A stretch of 64,000 nucleotides of DNA from Bacilli bacterium (GCA_017651165.1 JAGCDH010000015.1:13748-77747); one strand, 5' to 3'; numbered from the stretch's first letter, positions 1-11,097 are shown. Made by a program: numbers and translations. The notes: a model not told the origin generated them from the letters alone.

Positions 1-83
1 ACGGATTCATCTAAAGAAGAAAACATTTCTCTTAATGCTGTTTGGAATTCAGGTTCGTTACTAAATTTATCTAAATCAATCAT
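1..83 (-). CDS. hypothetical protein, first 27 codons only (gene runs off the window start)
   Basis: ATG at 83 with GGAGGA 7 nt upstream (tcctcc at 91-96 on + strand). Open frame MIDLDKFSNEPEFQTALREMFSSLDES continues to position 1. Absent from the ORF track because it is truncated. Confidence 0.3.
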   Translation of the reverse strand, partial: MIDLDKFSNEPEFQTALREMFSSLDES

Positions 84-96
84 GACTATATCCTCC

Positions 97-1875
97 TTAT
101 TCAACAGTCACGCTTTTGGCAAGGTTTCTTGGTTTATCAACATTTAAGCCTTTAGCAAGGGCGACGTAATAGGCTAAATAGAACGCTATTGAAGATACTG
201 CAACACTTGATAAGTAATAAGCATAATCTTCCACCATGATGGTGTCTTCTGGTCTAGATAAACTCTTAGTAGCGATTGTATAGACTTTCGCACCTCTAGA
301 TTTAACTTCTTCAATGTTGCCTCTCATACTAGCGGCGGTTTCTGGATCGGTAATAAAGACGATGACTGGAATACCTTTTTCAATTAAGGCAATTGGCCCA
401 TGCTTAAGTTCACCACCAGGAATAGCTTCGCTATGGATATAACTTATTTCTTTAAGTTTTAAAGAAGCTTCTAATGAAAGGAAGTAGTCAAAACTTCTTC
501 CTAAATAGAAAAGATTCTTTTTATCTTTAATCTCATCCGCCACTTTCATGATTAATGGTTTGTAGTGATCTTGGATGTCATAAATCACATCTAAAGAATC
601 AGTGAGGTCATCAATAAGCTTGTAATCTTTACTAAGGGACGCCGCTAACATCGCTAATAAAGTGACTTGGGCAACATAGGCTTTCGTGGAAGCCACGGAT
701 ACTTCAACACCACTATGCAATAACAACGAATACATGCAGTTTCTATCTAAAGTTGAGCCACCCGTGTTAGTGATAATGAGGTTTTTAAGATTATGCTCTT
801 TAATGATTTTTAAGCAGTGAATCAAGTCTGCGGTTTCACCAGATTGAGAAATCATAATAATGAATGGTTTCTTGCCTGGATATGTTGGATGGAAAGCCCA
901 TTCAGAAGCAATAAACCTTGAAGCGGACTTATCATATTTTTCAAAATAACGACCACCCACCAATCCAGCGTGATATGAAGTACCACAGGCGATAAAGATA
1001 ATATGATCTGATTCATCTAAATCTTTGATTAGTTGAGGATCAAATTGATATTTACCTTTTTGGTAATAGGTAGATATCAATCTTTTAATTGTTTGAGGAA
1101 TCTCTTCGATTTCCTTAATCATATAATGTGGATAGCCTTTTAAGTCGTGTGAAATTAATTCCACGTCTTTAGAAATGGTATCTTTTTTAATCTCTTCGCC
1201 TTTTTTATTAAAAACAGTGACTTTATCTTTGGCCACAATACCAAATTCTAAGTCATCTAATTCAATAAATGCATTAGTGTGTTCAATCATTGGGGAAGCA
1301 TCAGAGGCCACTAAGTTAAAGCCTTTGCCTAAACCAATGACTAATGGAGATGCTTTCTTAATGACGTATAAAGTATTTGCATCATCACTAGTGAAGAAAG
1401 TAAAAGCATAGCTACCTTTCACTAATGTCATAATTGTTTTAATGGCCTCAATAATGCCACCTTTTTGGATGTAGTAATATTCTAATAAATTAGCGATAAT
1501 TTCTGTATCGGTTTCACCATAGAATGAGTAGCCTTTTTCTAGAAGAAAACTTCTTAATTCTTTAAAGTTTTCAATCACACCATTATGGACGAGACAAATC
1601 TTTTGATGGAACGATAAATGCGGGTGAGTATTTAGTTTAGTAGGAGCACCATGAGTGGCCCATCTGGTATGGCCAATCATAATGTTCGTTTCAATCTTTT
1701 CTGGAACAATGGTTAAAAGATGTTCGACACTGCCGACATCCTTAAAGATTTGAATGCCATCATTAAAGTAAGCTACACCAGCGGAATCATATCCACGGTA
1801 ATCAAGCATCTTTAGCCCTTTGAAGACGTATTCTTTTGGGCTAATAAATCCAATTGCACCAACGATACCACACAT
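97..1875 (-). CDS. glmS: glutamine--fructose-6-phosphate aminotransferase
   Basis: N-terminal MCGIVG catalytic Cys of class II amidotransferases, two SIS domains, C-terminal KSVTVE. ATG start with AAGGAGAA RBS. Confidence 0.95.
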   Translation of the reverse strand: MCGIVGAIGFISPKEYVFKGLKMLDYRGYDSAGVAYFNDGIQIFKDVGSVEHLLTIVPEKIETNIMIGHTRWATHGAPTKLNTHPHLSFHQKICLVHNGVIENFKELRSFLLEKGYSFYGETDTEIIANLLEYYYIQKGGIIEAIKTIMTLVKGSYAFTFFTSDDANTLYVIKKASPLVIGLGKGFNLVASDASPMIEHTNAFIELDDLEFGIVAKDKVTVFNKKGEEIKKDTISKDVELISHDLKGYPHYMIKEIEEIPQTIKRLISTYYQKGKYQFDPQLIKDLDESDHIIFIACGTSYHAGLVGGRYFEKYDKSASRFIASEWAFHPTYPGKKPFIIMISQSGETADLIHCLKIIKEHNLKNLIITNTGGSTLDRNCMYSLLLHSGVEVSVASTKAYVAQVTLLAMLAASLSKDYKLIDDLTDSLDVIYDIQDHYKPLIMKVADEIKDKKNLFYLGRSFDYFLSLEASLKLKEISYIHSEAIPGGELKHGPIALIEKGIPVIVFITDPETAASMRGNIEEVKSRGAKVYTIATKSLSRPEDTIMVEDYAYYLSSVAVSSIAFYLAYYVALAKGLNVDKPRNLAKSVTVE

Positions 1876-1908
1876 TTTTATTCTCCTTGGTTAATTATTA
1901 TACATAGA

Positions 1909-4476
1909 TTAGAAAATCTCTTCCCTAATAATTGTTTGGTTTTTATCTGGACCAGTAGATACGATGACGATTGGGACGCCAACTTCTTTTTCAATAAACT
2001 CAATATACTTTTTAGCGTTCTCAGGTAATTCATCATATGTTTTATAGCCACTGATATCTTCTTTCCAGCCAGGTAAAGTCGCATAGACTGGTTTACATTC
2101 TCTTAAAACTCTATCTGACGCTGGTAAGGTATCAATTAAAGTACCTTTATAGTCATAGTGAGTACAAATATGTACTTCATCAAAGACGTCCAAAACATCA
2201 AGTAACGTTAAACATAAGTATGAAATTGAGTTAATTTGAATGGAATATTTAAGAGCGGGTAAATCTAAGAAGCCAGTTCTTCTTGGTCTATGAGTGACTG
2301 TGCCATATTCATGGCCTCTTTCTCTAATGAGATTACCAACTTCATTTAATTGTTCAGTTGGGAAAGCTCCTTCACCCACTCTAGTTTCGTAAGCTTTAAC
2401 AATACCTAAGATATCATCAACACCATGACAGCCAATACCTGTACCATCAACCGTACCACCAGAAGTGACGTTTGAAGAGGTGACATAAGGATAAGAACCA
2501 AAGTCGACATCAAGTAACGCACCTTGAGCGCCTTCAAACAAAATATTCTTCTTGGACTTTCTCGCTTCGCCAATCATGGAAATGGTATCCACCACCATTG
2601 GTCTAACAAAATCCGCGAGGACCGTGTATTCTTTGACGGTCTTTTCATAGTCGATTGGATTACCACCCATATCGATGATTTGTTTATTTTTGATTGTTAA
2701 TAAATCTTTGTATAAAGTTGGGAATTCTGGAGAGATAAAATCACACATTCTCATACCGACACGAGAGATCTTATCAGCATAGGCTGGACCAATACCTCTT
2801 TTAGTGGTACCAATCTTTTTGCTGCCTAAAGATTCTTCATTTAATCTATCTAGTTCAATATGGTGATCAAATAAGACGTGCGCTCTATCGGAGATATAGA
2901 GGTTTTGACATGGGAAACCAGCATTTCTTAATTCATCAACTTCTTCTTTGAAAGCGCGTGGATTAATGACCATACCATTAGCCAAAATGCATTTAACACT
3001 TTCGTTAAAGACACCAGATGGGATGAGTCTTAAAGCGTATTTATGACCATCAAAAACGATTGTGTGACCAGCGTTATTACCACCTTGATATCTGATGACA
3101 ATGTCAGCTTTTTCTGAAAGAAAGTTCGTAATTTTGCCTTTGCCTTCATCACCCCATTGGCTACCAAGCACAAGCAATGATTTACCTGGTCTCATGCGTT
3201 TATAAATGTTTTCAGTATTTTTTAAATAATACTTTTCATCAAAGCATTCAGTGATTTCTGATTTAGAAAGGTATTTAGTAACCTGTTCATTTTCAAGCAA
3301 TAAATGTCTAAAGAGTTTCTTATCGCTTAATGCTTTGAATGCGATTGGTTGAATCAAATCATAGGCTTCTTCTCTAGACATATCTTTGTTGATTAATTTA
3401 TTAAGTACACCACCAGAGAATGTGACTCCATAGTTAAGGAAGATGTTTTCATTCATCTTTTCAGTATTAACTACAAGATCTCTACAAATACCTGTAAATC
3501 TCTTGAGCATATAATCTAAAAGAGTACAGGCATCAGGAAGCATAATTCTTTCAGCAGAACTATGAGAAATATCTCTTTCGTGCCACAAGTTATTATCTTC
3601 AAAAGCCACTCCAACGTAGGAGCGCATCATACGAGCGCAGCCACAGATGTTTTCACAACCAATTGGGTTCTTTTTGTGTGGCATGGCACTGCTACCTTTT
3701 TGGCCTTTAGAGAATGGTTCTTGCACTTCACCAATTTCACTTTGGGCTAAAAGTCTAATTTCAGTGGCCATCTTTTCTAAACAAGATGCGATTTGCGCTA
3801 AAGCGAAGATATAACCAGTATGTCTATCTCTACTTAATACTTGAGTGGAGATTCTCGCATATTCCATATTGAACTTTTTAGCGACATATTCTTCCACTTC
3901 CAATGGAATGTTAGCGTAGTTACCAACTGCGCCTGATAGTTTAATAACTTCGATTCTTTTTCTTTCTTCTAAGAATCTCTCTTTACATCTTTTGAGTTCG
4001 TCATACCATAAAGCCCATTTAAGACCAAATGATGTGATTTCCGCATGCATACCATGAGTTCGACCCATGATTGGTTGATCTTTGTACTCATAGGCTTTTT
4101 CTTTGACCACGATCATTAAGGTACTAAGGTCTTCTAAGATTTGTTCATTCGCAGTCTTCAAGGTAAGGGACTGAGCACTATCGACAACATCCGTGGAAGT
4201 TAAAGAATAATGGAACCATTTCTTTTCTTCGCCAAGTTGTAAAGATATCGACCTCGTGAATGCAATAACGTCGTGTTTTGTTATCGCTTCAAGCTCCTCG
4301 ATTGACTTTAAATCAACATGAGCTTTTTTAACAACATTTAAATAGTCTTTTTCTGGAACAAGGCCTAACTTAAAGTATGCTTCGATAACCGCCTCTTCGA
4401 TGAGTAAGTAGTTATTGAATCTATTTTGATCAGAGAAGATGTCTTCGAATTGTTTAGAGGAATATCTTTTAATCAT
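1909..4476 (-). CDS. purB/purA: fusion protein: adenylosuccinate lyase (N-terminal about 427 aa) joined to adenylosuccinate synthetase (C-terminal, from Met428 at 3195)
   Basis: One uninterrupted 855-codon frame. The N-terminal half carries the fumarate-lyase signature GSSAMPHKKNP. The C-terminal half begins MRPGKSLLVLGSQWGDEGKGK...GGNNAGHT (PurA P-loop). Confidence 0.9.
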   Translation of the reverse strand: MIKRYSSKQFEDIFSDQNRFNNYLLIEEAVIEAYFKLGLVPEKDYLNVVKKAHVDLKSIEELEAITKHDVIAFTRSISLQLGEEKKWFHYSLTSTDVVDSAQSLTLKTANEQILEDLSTLMIVVKEKAYEYKDQPIMGRTHGMHAEITSFGLKWALWYDELKRCKERFLEERKRIEVIKLSGAVGNYANIPLEVEEYVAKKFNMEYARISTQVLSRDRHTGYIFALAQIASCLEKMATEIRLLAQSEIGEVQEPFSKGQKGSSAMPHKKNPIGCENICGCARMMRSYVGVAFEDNNLWHERDISHSSAERIMLPDACTLLDYMLKRFTGICRDLVVNTEKMNENIFLNYGVTFSGGVLNKLINKDMSREEAYDLIQPIAFKALSDKKLFRHLLLENEQVTKYLSKSEITECFDEKYYLKNTENIYKRMRPGKSLLVLGSQWGDEGKGKITNFLSEKADIVIRYQGGNNAGHTIVFDGHKYALRLIPSGVFNESVKCILANGMVINPRAFKEEVDELRNAGFPCQNLYISDRAHVLFDHHIELDRLNEESLGSKKIGTTKRGIGPAYADKISRVGMRMCDFISPEFPTLYKDLLTIKNKQIIDMGGNPIDYEKTVKEYTVLADFVRPMVVDTISMIGEARKSKKNILFEGAQGALLDVDFGSYPYVTSSNVTSGGTVDGTGIGCHGVDDILGIVKAYETRVGEGAFPTEQLNEVGNLIRERGHEYGTVTHRPRRTGFLDLPALKYSIQINSISYLCLTLLDVLDVFDEVHICTHYDYKGTLIDTLPASDRVLRECKPVYATLPGWKEDISGYKTYDELPENAKKYIEFIEKEVGVPIVIVSTGPDKNQTIIREEIF

Positions 4477-4497
4477 AAGTTAGGCCTTCTTTCCTTT

Positions 4498-6591
4498 TTA
4501 TTGTTCTGAGAATAAGAGTTCTTCGTATGTTGGCATTGGCCAATAGTTCTTTGGCATCATTGTTTCAGATTCATCAATGACTTTTCTGAGAGACGCCATT
4601 AATGGGAGTAAAGTATCTTTAATGAAGAAAGCTTGTTTTTCAATATCACTAATCTTGTTAGCTTCAAAATACTTAGCTTCTAATTCACTCGTGAATTCAT
4701 CAATCTTAGCGAGGTTCTCACTAAGTTTCTTTAATGTCTTCTTTTGATAAGAAGAGCTGATGGAACTATCAATAGCGGAAACAGTTTCAATGTTCTTGGC
4801 TAATTTACCAATGTATTTGTTAATAGCAGGCATGATGTCTCTATTAGCGATATGAATCATTGTCTTAACTTCAATTTCTAAAGTCTTAACGTAGTTTTCA
4901 TAATCGATTTCTTGTCTAGCTTTGAGCTCTTCGCTTGTTAAGACATGATGTTCTTCAAAAAGTTTGATGTTCTTTTCATCAGTCATATGCACGAGAGCAT
5001 CTGGTGTAGTTGGGAAGTTACAAAGACCACGCTTTGCGGCTTCTTCCACCCAAGCATCGTTATAACCATTACCAGAGAACAAAATCTTTTGATGTTCTTT
5101 GATTGTGTATTTAACGATGGAATGAATGGTTTTATCAATGTCATCACTCTTTTCTAAGAGTTCTGCGAATGTTCTTAAAGATTCTGCAACTGCGGTGTTA
5201 AGAATGGTGTTTGCATCACTAACACCTTTATTACTACCTGGCATTCTGAATTCGAATTTATTTCCAGTATAGGCAAATGGGGATGTTCTATTTCTATCAG
5301 TGTTGTCTTTGACAAGACTTGGTAAAACTTCACTACCTAAGAGAATCATTTCCTTGTGTGATTCATAGTCAGTATCATCATTAGCAATAGCTTTTAAGAC
5401 ACCGGTTAAATCATCGCCTAAGAAGATAGAGATAATGGCTGGTGGCGCTTCGTTTTTACCTAAACGGTGATCGTTAGAAGCGGAGGCGACACTGATTCTT
5501 AATAAGTCTTGATAATCATCAACGGCTTTAATGACCGCCGCTAAGAAGAGCAAGAAGATTTGGTTCTTGAATGGAGTATCTCCTGGGGATAAGAGGTTGA
5601 TACCTGTATCTGTGGAGATAGACCAGTTATTGTGTTTGCCACTACCATTAACACCTTCAAATGGTTTTTCATGGAATAAGATAACAAAGTGATGCTTATC
5701 AGCAATTTTAGTCATCATTTCCATCACCAATTGGTTTTGGTCACACGCTAAGTTACATGTTGTATAGATCGTGGCGAGCTCGTGTTGAGAAGGTGCCACT
5801 TCATTATGTTCGGTCTTTGCAGAGATGCCTAATTTCCAAAGTTCTCTATCAACTTCTTCCATAAAAGAGGCGACACGTGGCTTAATTACACCGAAATAAT
5901 GGTCATCTAATTCTTGACCTCTTGGGGATGGCGCACCAAATAAGGTACGACCAGTAAGAATTAAGTCTAATCTCTTTTCAAAAACACCTTTATCCACTAA
6001 GAAGTATTCTTGTTCTGGACCAACGTTTGTAACGATATGTTTAACATCGTTCATCTTTAAGGCTTTGAATAATCTAAGAGCTTCTTTATTTAAGGCATCG
6101 ATGCTTCTAAGTAATGGTGTTTTCTTATCTAAAGCGTGACCGCCATAGGAACAGAACGCTGTTGGGATGCAGAGTGTATTGCCTTTAATAAAAGCGAAGC
6201 TTGTTGGATCCCAAGCGGTATAACCTCTGGCTTCAAATGTGCTTCTTAAGCCACCTGATGGGAAACTTGAAGCATCTGGTTCACCTTTAATAAGTTCTTT
6301 ACCGGATAACTCTAAGATTGGACTACCACTAGAAACGGTTGTTAAGAAACTTTCATGTTTTTCAGCGGTAATACCCGTTAATGGTTGGAACCAGTGTGAG
6401 TAATGGGTTGCACCATTAGCGATGGCCCAGTCTTTCATAGCTTCCGCTACGGAATTGGCTAATGATGAATCTAAAGATTCACCGTTTTTAATTGTTTGTT
6501 CAAGTTTTTCAAAAACGTCTTTGGCTAACGCTTTTCGCATCGCGTTTTCATTAAAGACTAGTTTTCCGAATTCTTCTGGAACTATTTTCAT
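4498..6591 (-). CDS. glnN: glutamine synthetase, type III (about 700 aa class)
   Basis: 697 aa. N-terminal region ...WAIANGATHYSHWFQPLTGITAEKHESF is typical of type III GS. ATG with AAGGAGAAAA RBS. Confidence 0.9.
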   Translation of the reverse strand: MKIVPEEFGKLVFNENAMRKALAKDVFEKLEQTIKNGESLDSSLANSVAEAMKDWAIANGATHYSHWFQPLTGITAEKHESFLTTVSSGSPILELSGKELIKGEPDASSFPSGGLRSTFEARGYTAWDPTSFAFIKGNTLCIPTAFCSYGGHALDKKTPLLRSIDALNKEALRLFKALKMNDVKHIVTNVGPEQEYFLVDKGVFEKRLDLILTGRTLFGAPSPRGQELDDHYFGVIKPRVASFMEEVDRELWKLGISAKTEHNEVAPSQHELATIYTTCNLACDQNQLVMEMMTKIADKHHFVILFHEKPFEGVNGSGKHNNWSISTDTGINLLSPGDTPFKNQIFLLFLAAVIKAVDDYQDLLRISVASASNDHRLGKNEAPPAIISIFLGDDLTGVLKAIANDDTDYESHKEMILLGSEVLPSLVKDNTDRNRTSPFAYTGNKFEFRMPGSNKGVSDANTILNTAVAESLRTFAELLEKSDDIDKTIHSIVKYTIKEHQKILFSGNGYNDAWVEEAAKRGLCNFPTTPDALVHMTDEKNIKLFEEHHVLTSEELKARQEIDYENYVKTLEIEVKTMIHIANRDIMPAINKYIGKLAKNIETVSAIDSSISSSYQKKTLKKLSENLAKIDEFTSELEAKYFEANKISDIEKQAFFIKDTLLPLMASLRKVIDESETMMPKNYWPMPTYEELLFSEQ

Positions 6592-6605
6592 AATTATTTT
6601 CTCCT

Positions 6606-8144
6606 TTATTCATATTCGATAGTGGCTGGCGGCTTACTAGTGACATCGTAGACAACACGATTCACTCCTTGCACTTCATTCACTATTCTTCTACTTGCCT
6701 CATCTAAGATGCGGTAAGGTAATTTGGCATAATTAGCAGTCATAAAGTCATCTGTGGAAACTGCACGGAGTGCAATAGCGTACTGATATGTTCTCATATC
6801 CCCCATGACCCCTACGCTTCTTACATTAGTTAAGACAGCGAAGTACTGACTGATTTTGTTTTGATATTTGTTTTTAGCGATTACTTCTCTAAAGATGTAA
6901 TCTGCATCTTTTAAGATGTTTAGTTTTTCTTCAGTAATCTCTCCGATAATTCTGACCGCTAACCCAGGTCCTGGGAAAGGTTGTCGGAATACTAAGGCTT
7001 CATCAACACCCATTTCTAAGCCAAGCTCTCTGACTTCGTCTTTGAATAACTTAGAAAGAGGTTCGATGATTTTCTTGAATGGTAAGTGCTCTGGAAGACC
7101 ACCAACGTTATGGTGACTCTTGATGGTATTTCCATTTATGGAACCAGATTCAATGACATCTGGATAAATTGTGCCTTGGGCTAAATAATCAACGTCTTTA
7201 AGTTCACTAGCGACTCTAGAAAAGACATCAATAAATGTTTTACCAATGATATGTCTTTTCTTTTCTGGTTCGCTTACTCCCTTAAGGGCATTCATAAACT
7301 CTTTTCTAGCGTCCACTTTAATAAAATTAAGATCGTATTTTGAAAACGTTGAAACAATTTCTTCGGTTTCGTTTTTTCTCATAAAGCCATGATCAACATA
7401 AACACATGTGAGATTTTTACCAATCGCGTTGCTTAATAAAACCGCAGCAACAGAAGAATCAACACCCCCTGAGAGGGCTAAAAGAACTTTCTTATTGCCC
7501 ACTTCGTTTTTAATATCTTCAATGGCTTTTTTATAGTAGTCTTTCATGGACCAGTCACCTTTAGCGTGACAGACATTAAGAAGGAATCTTTGAATCATTT
7601 CTTTGCCGCATTGGGTATGTTCCACTTCTGGATGAAACTGCACACCATAGAAGTTTTTGTTTTCATTAACAATCGCCGCGTTTTCACAGTTTTTAGTGTG
7701 GGCCACTACTTTGAAGCCTTCTGGGATTCTTGTGGTGTGATCGCCATGGCTCATCCAGGCCACACTCTTATTTGGTAAACCTTTAAAGATTTTGCATCTA
7801 GTATCAAAAGAAGCAATGGCTTTGCCATATTCTCTGCCTTTTTCACTTTCCGCTGGGACGACTTCTCCACCTAGTAAGGTGACCATAAGTTGCATGCCAT
7901 AGCAGATGCCTAAAACAGGTACTCCTAAATCAAAAATGGATTTATCCACTCGTGGTGAGCTTTTTTCATAAACACTATTTGGGCCACCAGAGAGAATAAT
8001 GCCTATTGGAGATTTGCTTTGGATGAAAGTTGTCGAGGTAGTCCAAGGCAGAACCTCACAATAGACATTACACTCCCTAATCCGACGGGCTATAACCTCG
8101 GAATATTGGGCACCAAAATCGATAACAAGCACTGTCTCATTCAT
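6606..8144 (-). CDS. guaA: GMP synthase (glutamine-hydrolysing)
   Basis: GATase domain (GICYGMQ) plus PP-loop SGGVDSSV, C-terminal PPATIEYE. Confidence 0.95.
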   Translation of the reverse strand: MNETVLVIDFGAQYSEVIARRIRECNVYCEVLPWTTSTTFIQSKSPIGIILSGGPNSVYEKSSPRVDKSIFDLGVPVLGICYGMQLMVTLLGGEVVPAESEKGREYGKAIASFDTRCKIFKGLPNKSVAWMSHGDHTTRIPEGFKVVAHTKNCENAAIVNENKNFYGVQFHPEVEHTQCGKEMIQRFLLNVCHAKGDWSMKDYYKKAIEDIKNEVGNKKVLLALSGGVDSSVAAVLLSNAIGKNLTCVYVDHGFMRKNETEEIVSTFSKYDLNFIKVDARKEFMNALKGVSEPEKKRHIIGKTFIDVFSRVASELKDVDYLAQGTIYPDVIESGSINGNTIKSHHNVGGLPEHLPFKKIIEPLSKLFKDEVRELGLEMGVDEALVFRQPFPGPGLAVRIIGEITEEKLNILKDADYIFREVIAKNKYQNKISQYFAVLTNVRSVGVMGDMRTYQYAIALRAVSTDDFMTANYAKLPYRILDEASRRIVNEVQGVNRVVYDVTSKPPATIEYE

Positions 8145-8145
8145 A

Positions 8146-9738
8146 CTATTTGCCTTCTAATGCGTTAGCGATTAAGCCGGTAAATAATGGATGAGGCTTA
8201 GTGGGTCTTGATTTAAATTCTGGATGGAACTGAGAACCGATGTGATATCTATTCGCTGGAACTTCAACGATTTCCACTAAGCTCTTATTTGGGGATAAGC
8301 CACTTAGTTTCATACCATTATCGATATAATCTTGACGATAGATATTGTTGAATTCATATCTATGTCTATGACGTTCATTAATCATGTCTTTGCCATATAA
8401 AGATTTAGCGAGACTATCTTTTTGTAAGGCACATGGATAGCTACCTAATCTCATAGTGGCGCCTTTGGCGACGATATTAACTTGTTCAGGTAATAAATCG
8501 ATGACAGGATGAGTTGTGTTTTCATTAAATTCTCTTGAATTAGCGTCTTTAAATCCAAGCACGTGTCTAGCATATTCAATAACCATGACTTGCATACCTA
8601 AACAAATGCCTAAGCATGGGATATTGTTTTCTCTAGCGTATTTAGCGGCATCGATCATACCTTCAATACCACGGACACCGAAACCACCAGGGATGACCAT
8701 GCCATCAGCGTCTTTAAGTGTTTCTTTGACGTTCTTTGTGGTGATCTTTTCCGAATCAATCCAAAGGATTTCCGCTTTCGCGTCTAATGCTGATGCAGCG
8801 TGGAAGATAGATTCTTCAACACTTAAGTAAGCATCATGGAGCTGAGTATATTTACCAACGAGGGCAATCTTAACTTTCTTATGAGCGTTTTTGATCTTTT
8901 CCACCATTGCGGTCCATTTTTCTAAATCTGGTTTAGTAATTGGAAGATGGAGTTTTTCACAAACGATATCGGTTAAACCTTCGTTTTCTAAAAGAAGTGG
9001 CACTTCATAAATACTAGAGGCGGTTAAGTTTTCAATAATCGCTCTTTTATCGATATCGCATAATAATGCAATTTTATCTTTAATTTCTTGCGTTAATGGT
9101 TGTGTACTTCTACAAACGAGAACATCTGGTTGTATGCCTAAAGAGTTAAGTTCTCTAACGGAGTGTTGGACTGGTTTACTCTTAAGTTCGCCACTACCTG
9201 GGATTTCCACAACAAGGGGGACGTGTATATAAATAACGTTCTCTCTGCCTTTATCTTGACCAACTTGTCTAATCGCTTCTAAGAATGGTAATGATTCAAT
9301 ATCACCGACTGTACCACCAATTTCGCAAATAGCGATATCAATGTTTTGTTTTTCAGAGATATAGATCCAGTTTTTGATTTCATCAATCACATCAGGAATG
9401 ATTTGAACGGTTCTACCTAAATAGCCACCTGTTCTTTCTCTATTAATGACGTTCCAATAAACCTTACCAGAAGATACTGAGCAAGATGCATCCAATGGGA
9501 CATTAGTGAATCTTTCATAGTGACCTAAGTCTAAGTCTGTTTCCGCACCATCATCGGTGACAAACACTTCCCCGTGTTGATAAGGAGACATTGTGCCTGG
9601 GTCAACATTCAAATAAGGATCAAATTTTTGATTCTTAACAGAGTACCCTCTTTGTTTTAATAAACGGGCTAATGAAGCGGCGCAGATGCCCTTACCTAAT
9701 CCTGATACAACACCGCCTGTAACAAATATGTATTTCAT
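8146..9738 (-). CDS. pyrG: CTP synthase
   Basis: [18 protein letters not shown]-terminus; C-terminal GATase with GICLGMQ and HRHRYE. Confidence 0.95.
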   Translation of the reverse strand: MKYIFVTGGVVSGLGKGICAASLARLLKQRGYSVKNQKFDPYLNVDPGTMSPYQHGEVFVTDDGAETDLDLGHYERFTNVPLDASCSVSSGKVYWNVINRERTGGYLGRTVQIIPDVIDEIKNWIYISEKQNIDIAICEIGGTVGDIESLPFLEAIRQVGQDKGRENVIYIHVPLVVEIPGSGELKSKPVQHSVRELNSLGIQPDVLVCRSTQPLTQEIKDKIALLCDIDKRAIIENLTASSIYEVPLLLENEGLTDIVCEKLHLPITKPDLEKWTAMVEKIKNAHKKVKIALVGKYTQLHDAYLSVEESIFHAASALDAKAEILWIDSEKITTKNVKETLKDADGMVIPGGFGVRGIEGMIDAAKYARENNIPCLGICLGMQVMVIEYARHVLGFKDANSREFNENTTHPVIDLLPEQVNIVAKGATMRLGSYPCALQKDSLAKSLYGKDMINERHRHRYEFNNIYRQDYIDNGMKLSGLSPNKSLVEIVEVPANRYHIGSQFHPEFKSRPTKPHPLFTGLIANALEGK

Positions 9739-9863
9739 AACTCGACAACCAACTATGGCGATATACTATCACGCACATTACACAATATAAAAATACCTAT
9801 AACATTATGGTTATCATATTTTTTTCGTATGTTATATTTTGTTTACTTAATGTAGTTTAAAGC

Positions 9864-11051
9864 TTATCTATTTTTATAATAGTTATGGAGTTTTTTGAAA
9901 GCAGGAATGGAATTTACAATCTGTTTATAAGAGACACAATAGGCAATTCGTACATAACCTTTATAGTCGAATGGATCGCTAGGAACAAGAAGCAACTCAA
10001 ACTGTTTAGCAACCTCACTAAACTTTTCAGCATCAGCCTCTAAAGCTTTCATAAATAAATAGAAAGCACCTGTCGGGTTAACAACTTCAAAACCAATCTC
10101 TTTAAGAGCGGTCACTAAAGTCTCTTTATTCTTTTTATATTCTTCTAAATTGGATGTATGACCCAAAACATAAGGCACCATATGTTGGAATAGCGCAGGA
10201 GCGCATATGTAGCCAAGCATCGATGCGGCGCCACATATCACTGCGTAGACATCATTAACATCATTTGCGTTAGGATTAACTAGGATATAACCAATTCTTT
10301 CTCCTGGAAGAGATAAACTCTTAGAGAATGAATAACAAACTATAGAATTATCGTAATAATTAGTGACAAATGGATATTCTTCACCTTTATAAAGAAGCTC
10401 TCGATATGGTTCATCAGACACTAAATAGATTGGATGATCATATTCTTTTTCTTTCTTTGAAAGAACACTTGCCATTCTCTTAATAACTTCTTCGGTATAG
10501 AAAGCACCAGTAGGATTGTTAGGAGAATCATAAATCACCAATCTTGTCTTGCTTGTGATTTTCTTTTCTAGATCCACGAAATCTGGAAAGAAATCTTTAT
10601 CTGGATTAACGTTAACTAAGACACCACCCACTGCTTCTGTATATGTTCTATATTCTGGAAAATGAGGGGCAAATGTAATCACTTCTTCACCTGGTTTAAC
10701 AAAAGCTTTAGTAACTATCGCTAATGAGGCGGCAGCGCCACAAGTTAAGAAGATGAAATCACCTTTTGTAGTAGCGTGAAAAGTTTTATTTAAATAACTA
10801 GCAATCACATCACGTACCTCTTTATTTCCTGGTGAAACAGTGTATCCGTGTATCTTTACTGAGTCTTCTTCAGTTAATAGTTTAACTAATGTGTCATTAA
10901 CAATCTTTGGAGCGGGAATAGAGGGATTACCAATGCTAAAATCAAAGACTTTATCTTCTCCGATTTCTTTCTTTCTTGCTAATCCATATGTATATAAATC
11001 TCTAATCGTGGATTGACTATAGCCAATCTCTAACATCTTTTGATCAAACAT
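9864..11051 (-). CDS. class I/II PLP-dependent aminotransferase (aspartate/alanine aminotransferase-like)
   Basis: 395 aa; NPTG motif and PLP-lysine context YSFSKSLSLPGERIGY. Confidence 0.8.
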   Translation of the reverse strand: MFDQKMLEIGYSQSTIRDLYTYGLARKKEIGEDKVFDFSIGNPSIPAPKIVNDTLVKLLTEEDSVKIHGYTVSPGNKEVRDVIASYLNKTFHATTKGDFIFLTCGAAASLAIVTKAFVKPGEEVITFAPHFPEYRTYTEAVGGVLVNVNPDKDFFPDFVDLEKKITSKTRLVIYDSPNNPTGAFYTEEVIKRMASVLSKKEKEYDHPIYLVSDEPYRELLYKGEEYPFVTNYYDNSIVCYSFSKSLSLPGERIGYILVNPNANDVNDVYAVICGAASMLGYICAPALFQHMVPYVLGHTSNLEEYKKNKETLVTALKEIGFEVVNPTGAFYLFMKALEADAEKFSEVAKQFELLLVPSDPFDYKGYVRIAYCVSYKQIVNSIPAFKKLHNYYKNR

Positions 11052-11083
11052 AACGACACCTTTTCTTTACTTATGCATACTAG

Positions 11084-11097
11084 CACATTGAAATGTG
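11084..11097. promoter_or_regulatory. palindrome CACATT-GA-AATGTG in the divergent aminotransferase/LysR intergenic region; candidate LysR-type operator
   Basis: Perfect 6-2-6 inverted repeat read directly from the sequence, located between divergent starts at 11051 and 11159. Confidence 0.3.

Noticed and set aside
1876-1908. Search for a glmS ribozyme upstream of glmS.
   Set aside because: Only 33 nt of AT-rich spacer containing the RBS are available, which cannot hold the ~170-nt ribozyme.
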